Source of the DNA: Mobula hypostoma
Taxonomy: Eukaryota
Assembly (NCBI RefSeq): GCF_963921235.1
Contig: NC_086108.1
Span: 99,760,001-99,824,000, forward strand
Length of the DNA stretch: 64,000 bases
Direction: 5' to 3'
Part shown: piece after piece, positions 38,165-49,307 of the stretch
How positions within the stretch are numbered: the first letter of the stretch is position 1
Layout of the letters: each line of letters starts with the position of its first letter
Notes under the pieces: model-generated
What the model was told of the DNA's origin: nothing
The model's database searches: none
The model's input: only the letters and a program-made list of their open reading frames with translations
Made by a program: the position numbers and the translations under genes

Positions 38165-38470
38165 TTCACCTGTGATCTGTTGGGGTTGTCTCTGGTATCC
38201 AGTGCTCCCAGTGTGGTGTCCTCTGCATAGGTAAGACCTGACGTAAATTGGGGAACCGCTTTGTCAAGCACCTCCGCTCCATCCACCAAAAGTGGAACTT
38301 CCCAGTGGCCAACCATTTTAATTCCTATCCCCATTCCCATTCCAACATGTCAGTCCTCGGCCACCTCTTTTGCCATGATGAGGTCACTCTCAGGGAGGAG
38401 AAATAACACCTTATATTCCTTCTCGGTAGCCTCCAACCTGATAGCTTGATCATTGATTTTCCCTTCCAGT
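38161..38470 (+). mobile_element. Penelope GIY-YIG fragment
   Basis: Homologous to 15340-15655 (CACTTCACCTGTGA...GGTAGCCTCCAACCTGAT). Confidence 0.85.
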
Positions 38471-39254
38471 ATTTTTTCCCTCTCTTCGCTACCCTGTCTA
38501 CCCGTGTTGCCCTTTCAAAGCCAAAGTAAATTCATTATCAAATTACATATATATCACCAAATACTACCTTGAGATTCATTTTTTGCAGACATTTACACGA
38601 AAATCAAGAAATACAATCGAATTTACAAGAAAATTATACACAAATGAAGACTAACAACAAATGTGCAAAAGAGGACAAATTGTGCATAACCAAACAAACA
38701 AACAAATAAATAACACTGAGAACATTGAGTTGTAGAGTCCTTGAAAGTGAGTCTGTAAGTTGTGAAATCAGTTCAGAGTTGAGGTGAGTGAAGTTATCCA
38801 TGCTGGTTCAGGGGTCTGAAGGTTGAAGGGAACTACCTGTTTCTGAACCTGGTGGTGTGGGACCTAAGGCTCCTGTACCTCCTGCCCACAGGTAAAAGTG
38901 AAAGTAGAGCATGACCTGTAGCCCTGATGTGATTGTTTCCCTGGGGATTTCTCCCCAGTGCCCTGTCATTTACTGCCCAATTTCTGCCTGAGTTTAATTT
39001 CCCAAAATGCATAACTTCACAATTGTATGAGTTAAATTCCATTTGCCATTTTTTGCCAGTTGACCTTGGTCCTGTTGTCACCTTTGGCAGGAGGTCATAC
39101 GACAATGTCAATTGTATTAAATACAACATCCATGCCATTGAATCCATTGAGCGAGTGATTCCAGTGTACACACAAACCGCAGTGGACAATTAATCTAACC
39201 ATTTGCATTTGGGATGAACCAGCAGGGGGAACAACGGTGCTCTCCATTTCACAT

Positions 39255-39884
39255 CAGACATCCCACCTCTCCCGGAAGTTCCGGAAGTCTCCCACATATG
39301 AATAGTGATTTCCTGATGCCAGCAAATTATATACAGTATCACGGAAATCAATTTTTTTGAGAGCGAGCAAGCGAGAGAAAGCAAGAGAGAGTGCGCGAGC
39401 GAGAGAGAGAGCGTGAGAGAGAAAGCAAGCGAGAGAGAGAGAGAGAGAGAAAACAAGCGAGAAATAGAGCGTGAGAGAACAAGAGAAAAAGCAAACGAGA
39501 GCAAGAGAAAAAGCAAACGAGAGCAAGAGAGAGTGCGAGAGCACGCCATGGCAGAGTGTTCCAAAAAATATAAAATGTACGTCGCCCCAGACTACACTAA
39601 AGTGTACCCCTGCCTAATAGGGGTCAAAATAATGACAGTGTTGCTAGCTGCACTGTTTGCAACAGTGACTTTTCTATTGCCCATGGTGGGTTAAGACTGT
39701 AAAAGACATGTTGAGGTGAGTTTAACAGGTGTCATTTGTTCATTAGCATAGCTAATGTTATTTAAACTAGCTGGCTAGCTGCTAAGGAGCTACTCTATTG
39801 CAGACATTCCACCTCTCCCGGAAGTCTCCCGCAAATTGATGGTGCTACTTCCCTGAAGTGAGTTTTTGCAGGTTGGGATGTATG
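39255..39884. mobile_element. Non-autonomous DNA transposon (MITE) with an internal GA-rich tract
   Basis: Inverted ends CAGACATCCCACCT and AGGTTGGGATGTATG; flanks TCACAT and TCACAC; left end repeated at 39801. Confidence 0.65.
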
Positions 39885-40784
39885 TCACACCATCACTGGC
39901 ACCAATGAGGTTGTCACATGTGGCCTCACTATTGCAGGCACATGATCATACGTGGTTAAAGAACATGATTGTGTGCAGACTTGATCCTTTCCTCTCATGT
40001 TGTGGAAGTTCTGAATTAATAACTTGGGGAGAATTGGTTGGCACTCAATACTCTGGTAAGATTTCACAATGCATCTTTATGAGCATGCTTCAAGCTGGTA
40101 CTGAAGGTCACTTTTCCAGCAAATGTCCTCCCTGCTCACCTTACCTCAGCTCTGGGATTGCTTGATTTTCTGGTAAGCCTATTTCGGATTTCCAGTTGTC
40201 CATCTACACTTCGAGAACCTCACACCCTCTATCACCAAGAATGACAAAGGCAACTGGCACAGGAGAACCTCACCATTTGCAACACATCCCAAACCTCACA
40301 CCGTCCAGACTTGATCCTGGGGCTAATTCCTGGAGATCCACACCCAACCACGCACCAAGTGCACCTTCATTGGATGGGTTACAATGATTCAAGGAGTTGA
40401 CTCTCCCACACTTGCTCAGGGTTAAGAGATGCTGACCTTGCCAGCAATCCCTCCATTCCATTATGATTAACAAAAACACACTCTGCAATATTGTTATTAT
40501 ATAGGTTTGAAATAATCTTCCAGGGTTAAAGTGGTCACACTACTCAAGTAACTTGAGGAAATTTAAATTGTACGGTGTTGTAATCAAAAGGAATTTCTAG
40601 CTGAGACCATGAGTAATATAGGAAGGAATGTCTATTCCACTTGTGGATCTGAATTCTGTTTGTTAGTCACTGTTTTTGAAACCATTATTTTTCCCCTAAA
40701 AGCTCTCTCACAGTTTACTTTTATTAAACCCATATCACCTTTTTTGTACACAATGTCAACAAATTTGCAAATAATTAGATCCTT

Positions 40785-42250
40785 GACTTCCTGACCAACA
40801 AAAACTGGATCCTCCAGTATTGATTATCCTCTATACTGGTGCTCCACAAGCTGTGTCCTCAGCCTCCCACTCTATTCCCTATACGCTCATAAATGATTGG
40901 GCAGGCTATGCTCTAATTCCATCTATAAATTTGCAGATGATACCAGTGTGGTTGGCTGCATCTCAAGGAAAGCTGAGTTGGAATAAAGGAAGGAAATAGA
41001 AAGCTTAGTAACATGGTGTCATGACAACCTTTCCCTCAATGTCAGCAAAACAAAAGGAAACGGACAATGCACACAATCCTGTCTACATTGAAAGTGTTGA
41101 GGTTGAGGGCATTAAGATAGTCATAGTCATACTTTATTGATCCCAAGGGAAGTTGGTTTTCGTTACAGTTGCACCATAAGTTATAAATAGTAATAATACC
41201 ATAAATAGTTAAGTAGTAATATATAAATTATGCCAGGAAATAAGTCCAGAACCAGCCTATTGGCTCAGGGTGTCTGACCCTCCAAGGGAGGAGTTGTAAA
41301 GTTTGATGGCCACAGGCAGGAATGACTTCCTATGAAGCTCTGTGTTGCATCTCGGTGGAATGAGTCTCTGGCTGAATGTACTCCTGTGCCCACCCAGTAC
41401 ATTATGTAGTGGATGGGAGACATTGTCCAAGATGGCATGCAACTTGGACAGCATCCTCTTTTCAGACACCACTGTGAGAGAGTCCAGTTCCATCCCCACA
41501 ACATCACTGGCTTTACGAATGAGTTTGTTGATTCTGTTGGTGTCTGCTACCCTCAGCCTGCAGCCCCAGCACACAACAGCAAACAAACATCACCAATAGC
41601 CTGTCTTGGCCCAACCATGAAGATGCTATGGCCAAGAAAGCTCAGCAATGTCTCTGCTTTCTCAGGAGGCCAAAGAAACTTAATACGTCCTCGTCAATCC
41701 TTAGCAACTTTTATCGGTGCACTATAGAAAGCATCCTATCCGGATGCATAACGGCTTGGTAAAGGTGACTGCTCCACCCATGACTACGAGACACTATAGA
41801 GAGTTGTAAACACAGCTCAGCACATCATATGGAAACCAACCTCCTTCCATGGACTCTGTCTACGTTTCTCACTACTTCAGTAAAGCAGAAACATAATCAA
41901 AGTCCCCCATCCACTCCAACATTTTCTCTTCTCTCCTCTCCCACCGCGCAAAAGATATGAAAGCTGATTGCACACACCACCAGTCTCAAGGACAGATACA
42001 GAACCTGCCGTCATAAGACTATTGAATGGTTCCTTAGTACGATAAAATGGAATATTGACCACACAATCTACCTCATTATGATGTTGCATCTCATGGTCAC
42101 TTCCTCTGTCGCTGTAACACTTTATTCTGCGTTGTCATAGTTTTAACTTGTTCTATCTCAATGCACTGTGTAATTTGATCTGTGTGAACAGTACTCAAGA
42201 CAAGCTTTTTGTTGTATCTTGGTACATGTGATCATAATATTCTGATTCTA
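40785..42250 (+). mobile_element. Old Rex1/Babar LINE with a younger minus-strand Rex1/Babar 3' fragment nested at about 41118-41586
   Basis: GAPQ and YKFADDT remnants at 40838-40945. Nested ORF 41257..41586 has FAVVCWG...SHPLH...RKSFLPVAIKLYN. Confidence 0.8.
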
Positions 42251-42587
42251 ATTCCAAAATGGAAATGATTAGGGTCAAAACACTGCAGGAATTCCTCCGA
42301 TTACCTTCAAGAACATCAGTTATTCATAAAGTATACAGTTCGACAACACAGGCAGGGCATTTTCTTCATTCACTCTGCCAAGCATATCATTATATACATT
42401 TACAATATTTATAGTATGTAAATATATTTTCACTATTTTAATCTCAAATATCCTCTCAACGGTTATTTTGTGAGGCTCTGACTCAGGACCCAGCCCCTCA
42501 GCGTACAGTGGCAAGAGGACGCTGGAATGTAGCCTTTCCCCACAGAGCCTTTACAGTTGCTGTGCCTCTGCATGTTCTCCGGTGAAT

Positions 42588-42878
42588 AGATTAGCTTTAT
42601 TGGTGACATGTACTGTGAAACAGCGAAACATATAGTAAAATGTTTCGCTTTGTGTCAACAACCAACACAGTCCAAGAATTGTACTGGGGGCAGCCCGCCA
42701 GTGTCACCACAACAGGCCCACAGCTTAATGACCCTAACCATATATTTTTGGAATGTTCAAACCAACACAGTCACTGGGAGAACATAGAAACTCCTCAAAG
42801 ACAGTGACGGGAATTGAACCCTGACTGGTGGTCACTGGCACTGCTAAGTTTTGCACTAACCACTACACTACTGTGTCA
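42588..42878 (-). mobile_element. tRNA-derived V-SINE-like SINE
   Basis: GGGAATTGAACCC (reverse B-box); homologous to 28180-28480. Confidence 0.7.
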
Positions 42879-42989
42879 CCCCTGCACCTTGGATTGGGCT
42901 TCTCCCCAACGTTCAGTTACAATGGAAGACCAACAGTTTCAGGAAGCCCAAATTCCTCACAAATCTATGGTTAACTCGGACGCACATAG

Positions 42990-43217
42990 AGGATCTGCAG
43001 GCGCTGAAAGTCTTGGGCAGCACACTCAGAATGCTGGTGGAACTGAGTAGGTCAGGCAGTATCTATGAGGAGGAATAAACAGTCAACATCTTAGGCTGAG
43101 ACCCTGCGACAGGACTGTCCTGATGAAGAGTGTTAATCTGAAATGTCGACTGTTTATTCCTCTTCATAGACGCTGCCTGAACTGCTCAGCTCTCCTTGAA
43201 TGTTGTGTCTGTTGCTG
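42990..43217. repeat. Head-to-head inverted pair of Penelope-derived hammerhead termini
   Basis: The left arm GGAACTGAGTAGGTCAGGCAG...GGAATAAACAGTCAACAT mirrors ATGTCGACTGTTTATTCC...CTGCCTGAACTGCTCAG. The plus copy has CTGATGA...GAAATGTC-GAC. Confidence 0.85.
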
Positions 43218-44015
43218 TGTTCTTTTCCAGGTTCTGTTCTATTCAAATCCACCTGGATCCCATTTCCTCTCACACTTGCAGCATATCTTTATAGAGAGGA
43301 GCCAAGTGTCTAACATGTCCAAAATTCTCTTCCGTTAAATCCCGTTTCTCGATCTCATTGCATACAAAGGAACAATTATGTAAATATGGCACCGCTGTCA
43401 GTATATTCCATCCAAGGCCAGAACCAATGAAGTACTTGCAAATTGTCAAACCGGTTACAAAATAGGATCTGTGGCATATGATATTAATATGGCACCCTTC
43501 CAAAGAGATGAATGTAATGGTTTATTCTGAGAGAGAAATATTGACCAGATTTTGGGAGTGTCTCCCCTCTGCATGGAATCTTTTACATCCAGCTGAGAGC
43601 ACAAGGAAGGACCTCAGTGCTTCATCCAAAATGCATTTAGTAGGAACCCTGAGTGTGGTTATTAAAGATCATGGGCTGCTACTTGAGTAAAATCCAGGGT
43701 AAATTTGCCGCAATATTTCTCCATTACCCATATCTGTAAAGGATTGTTAGCAGGAATGTAGCATGAATGTGGTGATTGGCTTAATCAAAGGCTAATCTAA
43801 CTAAAGCAGCCAGCATAGCCAATGAACCCACCCACCCAGCACACTCCCTCTTCTCTCCGCTTCCGTCGGGCAGAAGACAAAAACACTTGATTGCACTTAC
43901 CACCAAGCTCAAGGGCAGCTTCTCTCCTGCAGTTAGAAGGATATTGAATGGTCCCCTGTATGATAAGATGGACTCTTAACCTTGCCAGCTAACTCACCAT
44001 GGCCTTGAATCTTTT

Positions 44016-44258
44016 AAGCTGCCTCTTTTGGTGCTGAGATGCATCCTAGGATGCGCAACACATAATCAGTGATGTATCGTGAGGTTACCAGAGTTTCATG
44101 TCTTTCGACATCAGACACTGTCACCCAGGCGACCCAGCCAGGGTTGATCAGGCCCTGGCTTGAGTCCCAGCAGCAATGGTACATGGGTCGCACCCCTTGA
44201 TCCATACCAATCTGGAGGCTTGTTCAGCAGCCTCTGACAGTTCTGATGACTCTTCTTT
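44016..44258 (-). mobile_element. 3' end of an RLE-type non-LTR element (HERO/NeSL-like), nested in a Rex1 3'UTR
   Basis: Minus frame LSEAAEQASRLVWIKGCDPCTIAAGTQARA*, followed by TCAACCCTGGCTGGGTCGCCTGGGTGA. Family recalled from memory, not searched. Confidence 0.55.
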
Positions 44259-44880
44259 GCAGCTACAATCATAACACTTTATGCTGTATTCTTTTCTTGT
44301 TTTCCCTTGTAGTTCATCGATGTACTAATCTGATGAAATGATCCATGAAAATGGCATGCAAAACAAATACTTTTACTGTACCTTAGTCCATTTGACAATA
44401 ATAAACCAATTTACCGATTTATCCTGTAGATATTGAATCCCAGCCTGCTGCTCAAAAAGCAAGATTTAATCTTCTGAACAATCAAAGGTTCAAAGCTTCA
44501 TTTATTATCAAAGTATACAAATCTGAAATTCTTCTTCTCCAGGTAGCCACGAATCCATGAAAGAAAACAACAGAAATCCCCCAAATCCCTCCTCCCCGCA
44601 CAAAAGAGAATCAAAAACAGAACAAGCACATCGACACACAATCCCCCTCCCTGCACACAAACGTGAGAAGATCTGGTGTAAAACATAGAATATAAAAAAA
44701 ACTATAAGACTGAAATAAAGTCTATAGTCCAAGTCCATATCCAAAATGCAGAAAACCTGGGTAATATTCTCCAGGCACAGCGGAAACCTTTCACTTCAAT
44801 GCTATCAATGCAGTTAATTTTCATATTGGCTGGGCATTTGTGTGCTACTCAAGATTTAGTGAGATACTTTACATCTAAAG

Positions 44881-44946
44881 CAGGGGTTCATGAACCTTTC
44901 AGTGAATGGTAGGGGTCCATGGCATGAAAATGGATGAAGACCCCTG
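44881..44946. mobile_element. Tiny hAT/Charlie-like MITE
   Basis: CAGGGGTTC...GAAGACCCCTG with TCTAAAG directly repeated on both flanks. Confidence 0.75.
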
Positions 44947-45194
44947 TCTAAAGCATGTTCACTCGATTTTGGTAATAAAACACATGATTTCAAACAGGAA
45001 ATTGTCAACAGTTTGGGGAGTATTTATGGAGACTATAAATACTCTCCCAATTTCTTAACGTCATCTTTAGACTTTAACATCAGAATTGCAGAGGCCATCG
45101 ACCTGAAATGCCAACCCTGCTTCCCTCTGTAATGACAGAACTAATTTTTAATACAGCAAGCTCTGACAAGCAGTAAGTAACACAATGCTCTTGT

Positions 45195-45404
45195 GTAACA
45201 CACACAAAATGCAGACGGAACTCAGCAGGTCAGGCAGGATCAATGGAAAGGAATAAGCAAATGACGTTTTGGGTAAAGACCATTCAGTCCTGATGAACAT
45301 TGACTGTTTATTCCTTTCCATAGATGCTGCCTGACCTTCTGAGCTCCTCCAGCATTTTATATATGTTACTTTGGATTTCCAGCATCTGCAGAATTCTTTG
45401 TGTT
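45195..45404. repeat. Second head-to-head inverted pair of Penelope-derived termini
   Basis: GGAACTCAGCAGGTCAGGCAG...TGGAAAGGAATAA mirrors TTATTCCTTTCCA...CTGCCTGACCTTCTGAGCTCC. Confidence 0.85.
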
Positions 45405-45430
45405 AATAATCTATTATAATGATATTATAT

Positions 45431-45558
45431 AGAGAGAGAGAGAGGGAAAGGGGGTAGAGAGGGAAAGAGTGGGACAGCGAAAGGGGAGACAGATACAGAT
45501 AGAGATAGAGATAAAGAGAGAGAGAGAGGGGGAGAGAGAGACAGAGAGGAGAGAGAGA
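45431..45558. repeat. GA-rich low-complexity tract
   Basis: (GA)n with GATA/GACA variants. Confidence 0.9.
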
Positions 45559-45576
45559 ATCAAACAGAAAACGTAC

Positions 45577-45905
45577 CTTGCACTGCACACTTGGAATCCA
45601 TCTAAGTAACTTTGTGAATTCATGAAATCAATCAGAGGTTAATTGTATCTGCTTATAAATTTTAGTCTCTGTGCTGATAACTGATATTTTTTTAAAGACT
45701 GCTTTGGATTTGCAAAAAGATGTCACACTGGAATGTGATATCTGATGCGGGAGGTACGTTGCAAACACAAAGATTTCATATCTGTGTTTCCCAATCAGGC
45801 TGTTGAAAGGAACAGGGTGTGTGATTGCAAATGGATTTTGACCATCGCAATCCATTTTGAGAAAGTGGACAGTGTGAGGAAGTAAATGTTTGATGGGCTT
45901 CACAG
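45577..45905. other. Non-TE-like module, copy A (paralog of 52181-52500); candidate TATA promoter plus short first exon
   Basis: Identical 23-mer TAATTGTATCTGCTTATAAATTT at 45640-45662 and 52236-52258. Also shared: TTTAAAGACTG, TCTGATGYGGGAGGTAC and ACAGGGTGTGT. Confidence 0.6.
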
Positions 45906-45939
45906 TCCATTTCTCTCCCTAACATGTTTATCTCTTCTA

Positions 45940-46146
45940 TCTCTTCTTCTTCTTCTTCTTCTGGCAGCAATGAAGGTCCTCCATCTCTGGTGTCCTTCAC
46001 AGCTTTCATCATGTCAGTAGTGTTTGACATGGGTGCCCCTACCAAGAGCCAAAGCACAAGGCCCTGACTCCAGCCGGCATGGCTCTCCGGGTCATTGAGG
46101 CACACAAGCCTCCAAACCACGACAAGGTAGTGGTCCTCTTGGAGGA
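45940..46146 (-). mobile_element. Internally deleted RTE-clade element (5'UTR fused to 3' tail) with TSD
   Basis: Minus strand starts ...ACCTTGTCGTGGTTTGGAGGCTTGTGTGCCTCAATGA (RTE/BovB-like 5'UTR) and ends in (GAA)n. TSD TTTATCTYTTCTA at 45927-45939 and 46147-46159. Confidence 0.75.
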
Positions 46147-46217
46147 TTTATCTTTTCTAGAGTCCAGTTTATCCTCCAGTACCTTGGTATATTGAGACCA
46201 TACTAATCATTTACATT

Positions 46218-49150
46218 AATAGAACATCGAATAGCACAGTACAGGCCTTTTGGCCCACAATGTTGTGCCGAGCCTTAAACCCTGCCTCCCATATAACCGC
46301 CCCCCGACCTTAAATTCCTCCATATACCTGTCTAGTAGTCTCTTAAATTTCACTAGTGTATCTGCCTCCACCACTGACTCAGGCAGTGTATTCCATGCAC
46401 CAACCACCCTCTGAGTAAAAAACCTTCCTCTAATATCCTTCTTGAACTTCCCACCCCTTACTTTAAAGCCATGTCCTCTTGTATTGAGCAGTGGTGCCCT
46501 GAGGAAGAGGCGCTGGCTGTCCACTCTATCTATTCCTCTTAATTTCTTGTATACCTCTATCACGTCTCCTCTCGTCCTCCTTCTCTCCAAAGAGAAAAGC
46601 CCTAGCTCCCTTAATCTCTGATCATACTGCATACTTTCTAAACCCGGCAGCATCTTGGTAAATTTCCTCTGTACCCTTTCCAATGCTTCCACATCCTTCC
46701 GATAGTGAGGTGACCAGAACTGGACAGAGTACTCCAAGCGTGGCCTTACCAGAGTTTTATAGAGCTGCATCATTACCCCGCGACTCTTAAACTCTATCCC
46801 TCGACTTATGAGGGAGAAGAAGATGACGGCGCAACGCAGCGCACGCTGCTGTTCTGAATGATATCGTATGTGTTAACTAGGGGGCCGTGCACAATCCTGA
46901 TTTGATGGAGCAGCCGTGAGAAGCCCACTTCTGCATCCTATCAATGTATCTCTGCAATCTTCGACAATCCTCTACACTATCCACAACACCACCAACCTTT
47001 GTATCGTCTGCAAACTTGCCAACCCACCCTTCTACCCCCACATCCAGATCGTTAATAAAAATCACGAAAAGTAGAGGTCCCAGAACTGATCCTTGTGGGA
47101 CACCACTAGTCACAACCCTCCAATCCGAATGTACTCCCTCCACCACCACCCTCTGCTTTCTGCAGGCAAGCCAATTCTGAATCCACCTGGCCAATCTTCC
47201 CTGGATCCCATGCCTTCTGACTTTCTGAATAAGCCTACCGAGTGGAACCTTGTCAAATGCCTTACTAAAATCCATGTAGATCACATCCACTGCACTACCC
47301 TCATCTACATGCCTGGTCACCTCCTCAAAGAACTCTATCAGGCTTGTTAGACACGATCTGCCCTTCACAAAGCCATGCTGACTGTCCCTGATCAGACAAT
47401 GATTCTCTAAATGCCCAGAGATCCTACCTCTAAGAACCTTTTCCAACAGCTTTCCCACCACAGACGTAAGGCTCACTGGTCTATAATTACCCGGACTATC
47501 TCTACTACCTTTTTTGAACAAGGGGACAACATTCGCCTCCCTCCAATCCTCCGGTACCATTCCCGTGGACAACGAGGACATGAAGATCCTAGCCAGAGGC
47601 TCAGCAATCTTTTCCCTCGCCTCATGGAGCAGCCTGGGGAATATTCCGTCAGGCCCCGGGGACTTATCTGTCCTAATATATTTTAACAACTCCAACACCT
47701 CCTCTCCCTTAATATCAACATGATCCAGAACATCAACCTCACTCATCTTGTCCTCACTGTCATCAAGTTCCCTCTCATTGGTGAATACCAAACAGAGGTA
47801 TTCATTGAAGAGCTCGCTCACTTCCACAGCCTCTAGGCCCATCTTCCCACCTTTATCTCTAATCGGTCCTATCCTATCTTCACTCCTGTCATCCTTTTGT
47901 TCTTCACATAATTGAAGAATGCCTTGGGGTTTTCCTTCACGCTACTTGCCAAGGCCTTCTCAAGCCCCCTTCTTGCTCTCCTCAGCCCCTTCTTAAGCTC
48001 CTTTCTTGCTTCCCTATATTCCTCAATAGACCCATCTGATCCTTGCTTCCTAAACCTCATGTATGCTGCCTTCTTCCACCTGATTAGATTCTCCACCTCA
48101 CTTGTCACCCATGGTTCCTTCACCCTACCATTCTTTAACTTCCTCACCGGGACAAATTTATCCCTAACATCCTGCAAGAGATCTCTAAACATCGACCACA
48201 TGCCCATAGTACATTTCCCTGCAAAAACATCATCCCAGTTCACACCCACAAGTTCTAGCCTTATAGCCTCATAAATTGCCCTTCCCCATTTAAAAATTTT
48301 CCTGTCCTCTCTGATCCTATCCTTTCCATGATAATGTTAAAGACCAGGGAGTGGTGGTCACTGTCCCCCAGATGCTCACCCACTGAGAGATCTGTGACCT
48401 GTCCCAGTTGGTTAACTAATACTAGATCTAGTATGGCACTCCCCCAGTCAGCCTGTCGACATACTGTGACAAGAATCCGTCCTGGACACACTAAACAAAC
48501 TCTTCCCCGTCTAAACCATTGGAACTATTCAGGTGCCAATCAACATTAGGGAAGTTAAAGTCACCCATGATAATAACCCTTTTATTTTTACACCTTTCCA
48601 AAATCTGCCTCCCAATCTGCTCCTTGGTATCTCTGCTGCTACCAGGGGACCTATAGAATACTACCAATAGAGTAACTGCTCCCTTCCTGTTCCTGACTTC
48701 TACCCATACTGACTCAAAAGAGGATCCTGCTACATTACCCACCCTTTCTGTAGCTGTAATAGTATCCCGGACCAGTAATACCACCCCTCCTCCCCTTTTT
48801 CTGCCCTCTCTATCCCTCTTAAAGCACTGAAATCCAGGAATGTTGAGAATCCATTCCTGCCCTGGTGCCAGCCAAGTCTCTGTAATGGCGACTACATCAT
48901 AATTCCATGTATGTATCCAAGCTCTCAGTTCATCACCTTTGTTCCTGATGCTTCTTGCATTGAGGTAGACACGTTTCAGCCCGTCTACCTTACTGTCTTT
49001 ACACCCTTTATTCTGCTTCTCTTTCCTCAAAGCCTCTTTGTATGTTAGATCTGGCTTTACTCCATGCACTATACCTGCAGTTCTCGCATGACCTTTATCC
49101 TCCTCCACCTCACTATCTGCTCTAACACTCTGGTTACCCTCCCCCTGCAA
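46218..49150 (-). mobile_element. CR1 LINE ORF2 (APE plus RT) and 3'UTR, lacking ORF1
   Basis: ORFs 48491..49150 (APE), 46877..47842 (RT, KFADDTK) and 46216..46773 (C-terminus). Foreign insert at about 46812-46923. Confidence 0.95.
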
Positions 49151-49307
49151 TTAAGCCTATATTAGTCTCCCCATGTTTCTATTGAGCCCCCCTCTCCCGA
49201 CTCTACCATTCAACGAAACATATGGACACCCGCAAGGCTTTAGTACGTAGGAGGAAACCAGAGCCCCTTTAAGAAACTCGGACAGTCACATGGGGAATGT
49301 GCCAACA

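Noticed and set aside
39190..39694. SL-rich and ER-rich ORFs
   Set aside because: They are translations of the GA-rich tract inside a MITE.
44090..44122. Hammerhead-like CTGATGT...GAAAC in the HERO-like 3'UTR (minus strand)
   Set aside because: The core has T in place of A9, and there is no clear stem I with an NUH cleavage site.
45720..45753. MSHW... 34-nt phase-1 exon resembling carbonic anhydrase exon 1
   Set aside because: It lacks the WGY motif and no downstream carbonic anhydrase exons are visible.
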